Below are positions 54,816-64,000 of a DNA stretch of 64,000 nucleotides, one piece after another. A model generated the notes under the pieces. That model made no database searches. It was not told the origin of the DNA and was given only the letters and a program-made list of their open reading frames with translations. Source of the stretch: Catajapyx aquilonaris (taxonomy: Eukaryota). The position numbers and the translations under genes were made by a program. The DNA lies in NCBI GenBank assembly GCA_000934665.2, contig KZ538467.1, positions 1-64,000 of the forward strand, read 5' to 3'. How positions within the stretch are numbered: position 1 is the first letter of the stretch; every line of letters starts with the position of its first letter.

Positions 54816-54865
54816 CTCCTCTCACGTTCCTTCAACGCATTCTACTCCGTCCGGCAGCTCGACAT
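54816..54865 (-). CDS. Reph: Candidate first coding segment MSSCRTE*NALKERER(R) with an in-frame TAG (54844-54842)
   Basis: Exon defined by a long polypyrimidine tract with cgtag| acceptor (54878) and AG|gtgcgg donor (54815). ATG 54865 is in frame with all downstream exons except for TAG at codon 8. Confidence 0.5.
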
Positions 54866-54970
54866 GACACTACTATACTACGAGCCAAAACGGGGGGAGT
54901 AAAGGGACGGGGGAGGAGTACGCCAGTCAGCTGAAAACGGGTGGGCGAGTCCACTTTCACCGTTACTCAC

Positions 54971-55304
54971 ACTGGGTAGTTGGGTAGGTATCAAGCCGGT
55001 TCAGTACCGGATGTAACCACACACTGTACTACCCTAGACACACACCGGATGTTAAACTAATGTATGCTTCACACTTTTAATATGGATTAGCCCCGGGGCT
55101 GCCCCTAGTTTGGGCACGAGTTGAGGTGCCGGTAAGATAGGGACTCCCCCGCGGCCCATTGATCCGGGTGGACTCGCCCACAGACGTGAGTACAATCGGG
55201 CGATCCTGGCGATCCGATTGGTCCGTGCTGAGGGGAGATCTGGGGGGTGGTGGGGGATGGAGGAATGGGGGGGAGGGATTCGCAGCGCCGCCGATCGGGA
55301 CTGA
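54971..55304 (-). promoter_or_regulatory. Putative promoter/first non-coding exon of the Reph-like gene
   Basis: Inr-like TCAGTC at 55304-55299, GC-rich, with donor T|gtgagt (54970) and a 93-nt intron to the acceptor at 54878. Confidence 0.45.
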
Positions 55305-55771
55305 ATGGAAACCTCACGGAATGGAGTAAATGGTAGTAAAGTAGGGGGGGGGGGGGGGGGGNNNNNNNNNNNNNNGGGACGGGTGGAAGGGGGAGGGTTA
55401 ATGGAATCAGGGAATGGACCGGACCGATGTGGGAATCCCTTTTTTTTTTTAAGTATGTTGGGGGGTGGATATGCTGAGAAAGGACGGATAGTGGTACGGG
55501 TATTGTTGGGTGGGTGTACGGGTAGGGGGTGTTAATATGTTGCAATAATGATGGGCAATACCCGGAAATTTCGGAATGTTGCGGAGGTCGTACAATGTGT
55601 ACAAGATGTAGCAGTTTGCTCGTGGTAGTTCGGGCTGACACCGTGGGCGGCGGCACGTATTGGTTACTCAAGTGGCGACACCTTTTGAACGAAAAGTTAG
55701 ACAGCGGGAAGCGTGAAATACGAAGTATGATGATTGAAATGTCATTTTTGAGTGTGCTGGTAAAGAGTGAC

Positions 55772-56360
55772 GGGGAGGTGTAGATGGCCGAGATGGTAAC
55801 GTCTCGGGTTGCTGAGTGAAAGGCCCCAGGTTCGATCCCCGCCTGGGGAACTTTCCTTCCACCTGCGTCAGGAGGGTCTCTGACCCAGGATCCCCTACAT
55901 GGTTGCCTCCCCCACCCTAACCAGGGTATTGTCTCCACGTATCCTTATGTGGCGTCCATATTGGATCTAGATTGCATGCTGGAGGATAGGAAATTGGCAA
56001 GCGTCCAATTTTTTTTTTTTCAAGGACATTTTTTCACTGCATGCAGATCCAATCTGATTTAGGTCCAATATGTCGGAGAGACAATACCCTCTCTAGGTGG
56101 GGGAGGCACTCATGGAGGTTACCCTGCTCTGACCTGCACCAAGGAGGTGTCTGGCAACCTAACCTCCTGGGGAACAGCACATGACCCCTTTACCGACATT
56201 GCACTTGCACCAATGTTCCCTCCCCAAAAATCCCTATCCCTACCCTACATCCTTGACTCCTTGCACCGGTGAATGAAGTTAATACAGGAAAATGGAGTGA
56301 AATGGTGGTATTCCACACACCCCCCCCCCCCCAAAAAGGCTTAGCGTTTTAACGGGAAAA
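55772..56360 (+). mobile_element. tRNA-derived SINE with different head/body but the shared family tail
   Basis: A box TGGCCGAGATGG (55785-55796), B box GGTTCGATCCC (55829-55839), internal hairpin about 55900-56110. The 3' part acttgcaccaatgttccctcccc..aaatccctatc...tgcaccgg...aaatggtggtattccac matches the reverse complement of 7205-7310. Confidence 0.7.
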
Positions 56361-56557
56361 CGGAAAAAAAAGTGACAGTGGCGNNNNNNNNNNNNNNNCC
56401 CCCCCCCCCCCAAAAAAAATCATGGATCCGCCACTTAGAATTATTTATATGTACCATCTTGGTATCGGATATAGCCTACGACACTTGCATCGCCTGAAGA
56501 GCTTTTTTTGTGGATCCAAAAGACACCATAATTATTTATTATCATTGCTTGTATAAC

Positions 56558-56816
56558 CAGGGGCGGAGGATCCAGAGATGAATTTTGGGGGAGGAACTAT
56601 TCTAATAGCGGGGAGGAAGCCCGCCGCAGGAGCAACATTTTTGGGAGGTTCAAGGTCACACGAGCTTAGGTGAATGTGGGAGGTGAGAGTTTAGTTCGAA
56701 AAAATCGCGATTCGAATGAAATCTGAGGTGATTGTTATAATTTTAAAGAGTCTCAGGCTGATTGGGGGGGGNGGGGGGGAGGAATGTCCTCTATCCCCCC
56801 CGTAGATCCGCCCCTG
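56558..56816. mobile_element. MITE with CAGGGGCGGA TIRs and 7-bp flanking duplication
   Basis: gtataac|CAGGGGCGGA...TCCGCCCCTG|gtataac. A related CAGTGGCG...CCGCCACT element spans the gap at about 56376-56434. Confidence 0.8.
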
Positions 56817-56889
56817 GTATAACGTGCTTCTAGTTAGGATGATGATTTTATAAGCGTTGTTGTAATTATACGGCGGCAATTAGGCTCGT

Positions 56890-57165
56890 TTTTTTAAATT
56901 ATTTGCCCCGTGATGGGGCGGACCCTTTTAGGGGAGAAGGGGAGGTTCCAGAGGGAGGGCGCTGTAATTATAGTCATTTCTGACTTTCTGAAATACACCA
57001 GACCTTTTCTCCTGGCCCTGGGCAGAGTATGGAGTGCAATTCTGCCCCGGAATGTCGGGTGAAAAGCGGAAAAAGACCCGGCCACGCAGAGGTGATGGGG
57101 ACGGGATTTGAACCCCTGCCTCCCGCTTGGCTGCCCAGTGGCTTAACCACCAGACCACCATGCCA
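56890..57165 (-). mobile_element. tRNA-derived SINE, divergent copy
   Basis: Minus strand TGGTCTGGTGG (A box) and GGTTCAAATCC (B box); tail cccctaaaagggtcc...cacggggcaaataa resembles the family tail. Confidence 0.65.
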
Positions 57166-57477
57166 TTTAGGCTCTGTTTGTTCAATCTTACAACCGTAAC
57201 TCCCACAAAACAAAATCAACACAAAAAACAAAAAAACTCGAAAATTATATGCACGATCTTGGTCGAACTCAAATTTTGTGTAAAATAAATCAAAACTACT
57301 GCTACCAAAAAGGGCGGGGTATAAATTGGTTACTTTCCAATTACAGTGTGACGTCTTGACTCGACATTTGCGCGAAATATGTATGGACGAAATTTTAATT
57401 TTAGCTAATTGTTTTGCCTCTTTAGTAGCCTTGTTTGTGTACTTTCTCATTATAATCCACATTCCACAACAAAGAGT

Positions 57478-57576
57478 CTATACGAGAGTCGTAAAATATA
57501 CGAGAGTATAATATATACGTAACTATAATATACGTATAAGAGTATAATATACGTAAATATACGAGAGTCGTAAAAT
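57478..57576. repeat. Imperfect minisatellite (tatacgagagtcgtaaaa / agagtataatatacgtaa units)
   Basis: Direct reading. Confidence 0.75.
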
Positions 57577-58229
57577 GCCATAAAATAGCATTTTGTACAT
57601 GCAAGTTTTTATTCAAATATCAAGTAAAGTAAAGTAATTAAGCGCCATAATTAAAAATCCAGTAGTACATGTATCAATTTTTGAAAAATATAATAAACTT
57701 AACAATCTTGGACTGCATGTTGAAAGGAAGGGTTAAGATTTGAATATTTTGAATTTGGCAGTGTATGAGAAAAAAAGTCAAAGGGATTAGGCAAAATAAC
57801 AAAAAATCTACAGATGCGAATTTGGCATTGATATTAGTACTTTGTGACTTTTATCTGCATCAACATTGACAAGTGTCCACTGTCCAAAAAAATAGTTTCG
57901 AGATAATCAAAGGCAAACCTTGCGGCTTGCACTTGTTTTATACATTATGCTAGTGAAGACAGACAATTAATTCCTGCATCGTGGTTCCTTATGATTCTTG
58001 AGAACTAAATAGATTTCACCAGGGTTAAGAAAAGAAAAAAATGCTACTTGATGATATAAATAACTCAAACCCGCCAAAATGGGACTTATGGGCTTTCACT
58101 TGTAGTATATCCCCACCTGATGCCCACGATATACGTACAGTATAAGTGACAGGTCAAAAGTCAGCAAAACACACTATAATCTGAATTATGAATTTCTTTG
58201 AGTCTGAAATAAAAGCTCTCCATGCATAG

Positions 58230-60300
58230 GGGTCGTGCAAATACCACTTGACACTTGGGGGGGGGGGGGGGGGNGGAAAAAACTCATGGGTGTGTACGCA
58301 CATAATTTTTATATCAAATTCCAGGGCTCGAATCTTGAATTTTTTGTCCAGGGCCAAAGTTTGCCCTCCAAACTTTCATCTGGAGTGCAAATTGTTTTCT
58401 TGGAGTGCTTAATTGTTAATTATTGGGTTTTTAGCCATGTTAAAAAAACAGTAGGCTACCAATGGAGTGCAAACTACATTATTCCAAGGTTCACTTTGCA
58501 GTACAAATAATAATTTTGGAGTGTAAATTGCACCTTTGCATCCGAATATTTATTTATTTATTTATTTATTTTGGTTCCCCCTTGAGTCCAATTGGTCAAT
58601 GCAGGGGGAGGAGATCTCCTCCATTTTCTATACTTTTCAATCTCACCGGTGCAGGGACAGGGAAGGGATAGGGAGGGAGGAACAAACAAAGGTGCAGTGT
58701 ATTGTCCTGTGGTGGGGGCCGTGTGCAGTCCCTCAGGGGGCGAAGCTTAGACCCCCCCAGGCGCGGCCGGAAGCCCCCACCGAACACCGCGCCTCCTCCA
58801 GGGCAGGGAAAGGAAGGAAGTGGCTGTGGCCTATTTAACGGGACGATCCCGGGATTTCCCTGGGGTGACCTTGGAAAACCACAGAAAACCAAGGTCAGGA
58901 CCGCCGGCCTCCGGGACTCGAACCCAGGACCTCCCGATGGTGTAGTGGATATGGTACTATATCCACTACAGTGACTACACCACTACTTTGCATCCGAATA
59001 TTTCAACCCCTGAAATTCTGAGATGGTCGAGCCACCAACTTGTCTGTCTTGACATGGAATGACCCACTCATAAAACTATACACCTCTGCTTTATTTATTG
59101 GGAGTCATCATCAATATTCGTAACAGATATGCAGAACTCTATATTAAAGGTACCGTATTAAACTGATGAAAACTTTCACAATTTTGCCATGACGTGAACG
59201 GCAGTATTCTCATGGAGTATTAGTAAATCGGTCCGACGCACAGTGTTTGATATCTGAAAAAAGCGATCGAAAATGATAGCTCCTCAACTAAACCGTTTCA
59301 GTACGTAAAAAAACATGTCTCCCCATGCTTTAGGGGTCGCTGATTTCGAATTTCAGGTTATTTTGGATCAGGACATGCAGGGTGTACCATAAAATAAGAC
59401 CATAAGAACTTCTAGGCTAGAATCCTCATTATAAGTACGGATAGCTGAAAATAGGCTTTTCCTATGTGTTGAGGAACACTGATTTTGATTTTTAAGCTAC
59501 ATTGAACCCAGATCTACAGCCTGTACCAAAAACACCATCAAGTTTTGAGAGCTCATGAATAAATAGTGGAAGTAGTTGAAAATGATGTTTCTGCACAATA
59601 TCGCGATTGCTGATTTAGATCATGTAGGCCTAGTTATTTCTAATTCAGGCACTCAAAGCTTTAGGAAACACCCTGTGCTTCTGAAAAGGGTAGAAGTACT
59701 GCATATAATTAGCAGTCTTTGAGATTCACTTTAGGGCATAAATTGAACCTCCCTCGAATGCACTTCTCAGGTGTTTTAATTTCTAAAATTGCGTCTACCT
59801 CTAGCAGATATTAGTAGCTGGACTATGATTTTCTAGTTACAGTACACCCTGAAGGTCACATAACAGTAATTTGATGATTTAGCCTTGATTAGCCACTTTT
59901 GCAGGATATAGGGTTTATCAAACGAATAGCAAAAAATAAAGTGATTAAAAATATTTGATAAAAATTCGAAAATCATCAGTAAATAATAAAGCAATGATTT
60001 AATTCTATTAGTAATCCTCTTAATTAATTAAGAACATTATTTGCAATCATTTATACCATTTATCCTATACAAGCTCTTAAATTCGACCGTGTTTTTTGGT
60101 ACACCCTGTAGATATTGGTTCAAGATAACACTAAAATCAAAATCAGTAACCGCGAAAGCATTCGAAAATGTTATTTTCACCTACTTGTAGTGTTTATTCT
60201 AGAAGTTCTTAAATTCCATTGCAACTTTTTGGTACACCCTGTAGGTCCAGGCCGGGATTAGAGATGAGAAAAAATCGGTCACGTGGTATTTGCACGACCC
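58230..60300. mobile_element. Non-autonomous TIR DNA element of about 2.07 kb containing a nested SINE
   Basis: TIRs GGGTCGTGCAAATACCACTTGAC / GTCACGTGGTATTTGCACGACCC. Internal inverted CAGGGTGTACCA / TGGTACACCCTG motifs near 59380, 59520, 60100 and 60235. No ORF. Confidence 0.75.
58552..58985 (-). mobile_element. tRNA-derived SINE, long form, with 18-bp target-site duplication
   Basis: TSD ctttgcatccgaatattt at 58534-58551 and 58986-59003; B box GGTTCGAGTCC; (AAAT)n tail; body shared with 7158-7719 and 28869-29143. Confidence 0.9.
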
Positions 60301-60567
60301 AGTACAGTACAAGTTGCCTTCACAAAGCATAACTGGAGATCTGAACATCAATACCGGTATACATCATCATAACAGCTAGGTCACAAGTAGTATACGTACA
60401 AGTTGACAATGAGCCCATTTTCATGCATGCACTCCTCAAAATATATTTAGACATCCCCTTCAACAGCCCTGAAGTGTTTCAAAATGAATCAGAATCTGAT
60501 TCGTTTATTGCACGTATGCTGTTATGATTTTGAGCATCAGTGCCTGCGGATATTATTACTTGTAATA

Positions 60568-60764
60568 CGAGGGTGGTTCAATAATTTATCTACCTGAGTA
60601 TCAAAATGAATACCTTTATTATTATTATTATCATTAAGTTTCCCACGACGTTTATCCTTAATCGCCTGTCGCAGAGCCCTCACAGTTGCAGCATAGGACT
60701 CCCCAGTGATGGTCTTCTTGTGAGGCATGAATTCCAGGAGCAGTAGGCCGTCTTCGTCCCAGAC
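60568..60764 (-). mobile_element. Internally deleted mariner transposon fragment
   Basis: Minus-strand peptide VWDEDGLLLLEFMPHKKTITGESYAATVRALRQAIKDKRRGKL is the typical mariner catalytic-domain segment (WD..G....E......TI....Y). A mariner-type end TA|CGAGGGTGGTTCAATAA lies at 60566-60584. Confidence 0.85.
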
Positions 60765-61059
60765 AGGACAATAACAGAACCCACTTTGTGTATGCCATGC
60801 CCCCTTGCAAGGTTTAAATAGGATGGATACACATAATCCAATATTAGCAGCTAATACTTTAGTTAACTATTAAAAGTAACCATGCAAAACTAAATGCTAC
60901 AAAATAAGCAGCTTATTGGTAACAAATAGCCATATACCCATATTAAGCACATAATTATTTTGGATCACCAGAGTATGTGGTACATTGCCACCCAAAAATC
61001 TGAAATAACAAACTGGTGGGTAACTCATGGAAAAGGTACGGAAGCCCTGAAGGGCAAAT

Positions 61060-61286
61060 GTGAATATAAATATTCACATGTCAAGTTATGTTTGTGTATG
61101 TCAAGTTACCAGTTTGTGTGTGTCAAGTTGTGAATTTCGAGATGCCGATAGCATGGGTCGCAATACTACTCGGTGGCCCCTGCCAAGTGCAACTTGACAC
61201 ACACACACAAACATAACTTAACATACGAATATATAACTTGACATCCGCAATATATTATAACTTGACATGCGAATATTTATATTCAC
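61060..61286. mobile_element. Foldback-type element with tandem TGTCAAGTT subrepeats in inverted arms
   Basis: gtgaatataaatattc.catgtcaagtta... is mirrored by ...taacttgacatg.gaatatttatattcac, with several subrepeats per arm. Confidence 0.75.
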
Positions 61287-61863
61287 CCACCCCCAAAATA
61301 GCAGACTATTTCCTTCCACGACCATCTTTTTGCGGGTCATAGTACATCCAAGTCTGCATTTATTACTGAAAATACAATGTTGACAAGCTGGAATAACAGC
61401 CACACAAAATTACTGGTACGAAATGAAAATACGAACATTCCTCATAGGGTCTTATAAGATCATCAGTAATGGGGGAGGGGGGGGGGGGATTAGCATGGTC
61501 CCAAATATTTCAAGATTGCCCTGCATCAACCGGTATTCTCCACAATGGTTACAGCAGATAAAAGGTTACTCATTCAAAGCGCTGGAGCCCACACCTGGAT
61601 GGGAAAGTACATTTATTGTGAAGATCGACAATTAGACCTATATTTAAATTGTGTTATGCCAAGCAATAATACAAGGCCTAACTGAATTTTGGCAAATCAC
61701 TCTTGACCATTCTTCATTGAAATTCTAAAAATTCCTCTTACACACTCAATCTCATTCAGTTATGAATAATGCATAGAAAAAAAAAACCCCTGTTATTAAC
61801 CTTCAGTATGTGAGCCCTTAAAACTGCTTAGATTTGCCAGAAGCCTCGCTGCACAATAATTAC

Positions 61864-62654
61864 CTCCGGAAAAAGGGTACGTGTAATAACTTTGTCAGAG
61901 TAGTGAAGCCCATATTAGGACGGAAACAAGAATCAAATTCCAGTAACTTGAGTTTTCCACATTGTGTGAGATAAGGTCCACTAGACAATATTCCCCTTGA
62001 ACCAGACATCTTTAAAGGAAATGCGGGCCAGTTGAGGACAATTTATTGACCCCCGGCTGAGAGGCATCACTCATCTAGGTTACAAGGACCATGTATTTCA
62101 AGGCTCTCAAGTTTCTGGGTCACTTCTTGCACAGTCAAAAGTGAGACGAGCTGATCAACGCCACCTAACAGAATATGCAGGCTGAGATGGCCGATGTTTC
62201 GGAGACTGCTCACACACTCCTTCAGACTGCTCATATCATAGTGCAATGGTAGAGTCAAGTCCTTCAGAAGCCGACACTGCTTGAGATGGAGGTAGTGATC
62301 AGCTGGAAGCCAGCCACTAAGAACAAATTTCCGAAGTGCTGGAGCACATCTGCTTACCATCTCCAACTCCAAGTCACGGAGGATAGATAAATGACCCACT
62401 GTCAGGTCAACTTCTCCCAGTAGAGGCCAATTCCTCTCTGGGAAGTGTCCAGGCCAGTCCCCATGTAGTTGGATTCTCCCATAGTGAGCTTCTCCAGCTT
62501 TGAACTGTTGGCAAACATGTCAAACACATGACAGCTGCACATGCAACCATTCTTCAGCGCCATCACCTTGATTTCTTGGCTGGTGGGCTAGAGGTCGAGC
62601 ATCGGGCCTCGGACCTGACACTGGGTGGCCGTCACGATAGTAGTAGGCCTACAC
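61864..62654 (-). pseudogene. Disabled leucine-rich-repeat (F-box/LRR-like) exon
   Basis: LRR-like units (SSKLEKLTM, WPLLGEVDL, APALRKFVL, CRLLKDLTL, LRNIGHLSL, TQKLESLEI, CPQLARISF, CGKLKLLEF) are spread over shifting frames with stops, between acceptor ctgcag| (62655) and donor GAG|gtaatt (61863). Confidence 0.55.
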
Positions 62655-63386
62655 CTGCAGTTGTTGCAGTTCGGCAAGAAATCATATATAGAATCGACTA
62701 TAGGCACGACTTTTTCCCTACACGTGGTGACTCATCACCTAGGTGCATGTATAGGTACCATAAGGTGAGTAGTGTGCAGAGGAGAACAAAGCGTATGCTC
62801 CAACTGGTCATGACCTATCATACTACAGTACTACTACGCCCAAGTGGGGGCTGGGCCGGGCAGTGTTGCCAAATTTTGGCAATGGGTTCACTGCTAGTAA
62901 TGGCAGATCACATAATTGACTCCTTCATCATTAGGTAATTTCTCAGTAGAAAAGTGACATGATGAATAAAGTGATATTTACAAAGCTTTTTAAATAACCC
63001 TAAACCACAAGGTATTTCCATATTGATCGACAGACCTAGCTGTGTGTGTGACATCCATGTCAAAATCAATGACCTGATTTGTACTCATCCTCCTCTCATG
63101 CAGTTTTGGCTAGCTGGGAGTCTGAACACCCCTTTCGTCATGTTGGACACACGTGCCATGGGAGGCCATAGGTGGCACCACCAGGGTAGTCAAGATTTGT
63201 TGGACGAGTGACTGAAGGGTGCATAGATAGCTAGGTAACTGTAGTTGCTTTGGTTCCTTCCCAATCAAACAAGATTTGTCTGGTAATGTAGATATTCATA
63301 TATTGATTTACAGCCAATAAATCTTAGCAAGATCCCATGTTGTGTGTCAACAGTATTGTCGATCACAGATAAGTAGGGAGTCATTA

Positions 63387-63624
63387 TAGTTCCCTCAAGA
63401 AGTCCGGTCACAAAAGAAGTCCTGGACAGAAGAGTGTGCCCACATTTTTTATACAAGGATTTTGGGCGTTTGGTGGGTGAAACAATGTGCCAGGACAGGC
63501 TAGTTCTTGCCCATTGGTGGAGAGAAAAGTGAAAGGTGATGACCACAAAGAGAAAAGAGAAGGGGGAGACGGGGTGGGGGGCTCGTGGCCACGCCTTTTG
63601 TGACCGGACTTCTTGAGCGAACTG
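63387..63624. mobile_element. Tc1/mariner-type MITE
   Basis: TIRs of about 30 bp, (t/c)AGTTC(c/g)CTCAAGAAGTCCGGTCACAAAAG, flanked by TA on both sides. Confidence 0.85.
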
Positions 63625-64000
63625 TAGTTACAGCCCTGTAAATTACAATAATATAAGAGACATTTAGTTTACATTATCAAAATCACAGCCATAAGTCATA
63701 TCTGAGTAAAATACACATTCCACCATCAAATGTACAGTCACAAGCAAAAATGTAGGTGCAAATATAATCCCTGACATCATCTAGCGTTCTAGCCACCTAT
63801 CAGAGGCACCCCAACCCACATGATACACCCAAGCAATGATGGTCGTACTTTAATCTGTGCTAACTGGTGTTACAATTGCACTTCACTATTACAGTGCGAC
63901 TACATTTTGCTCATGCATGTACTCCTTATTTCAATCAACTCTGATTACAAGTCATCATTTGCCATAAGGATTAGTGATTACATGACACTGTATACTTGAT

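Noticed and set aside
55105..55938. 277-aa minus-strand ORF, the longest in the track
   Set aside because: It crosses an N gap, a SINE head and a C-rich promoter region, has no recognisable domain, and ends before the first splice donor.
1..64000. Abundant poly-G/poly-C runs as a possible G-quadruplex system
   Set aside because: They are scattered without pattern and often coincide with Ns, so their lengths are unreliable; treated as a genome-wide compositional or assembly trait.

Overview
Repeat-rich animal (arthropod-type) genomic DNA with three N gaps and many poly-G/C tracts. The main feature is one large minus-strand, multi-exon gene from about 55.3 kb down to about 21.5 kb. I read it as the arthropod Reph (regulator of eph expression)/FAM53-like gene; that identity rests on recalled motifs, not a search. 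Six phase-consistent GT-AG exons can be joined by eye: 54865-54816, 54423-54363, 53922-53859, 36769-36236, 36144-35699 and 23803-23741 (1218 nt, 405 codons plus stop). The most striking oddity is that the only in-frame AUG I found that can reach the conserved-looking N-terminal exons (YLTHKLRTQSLNEE, DHDSGTESDDE) is followed by an in-frame UAG at codon 8 (MSSCRTE*NALKERERRYLTHKL...). The long, degron-bearing isoform therefore seems to need recoding (A-to-I editing UAG->UGG or readthrough) or non-AUG initiation, unless the base is an error or null allele. A downstream AUG at 36767 gives a 346-aa short form. The rest of the window holds a modular tRNA-derived SINE family, a non-autonomous Helitron, many MITE/palindromic elements, decayed LINE and mariner relics, microsatellites and a disabled LRR-type exon near 62 kb.
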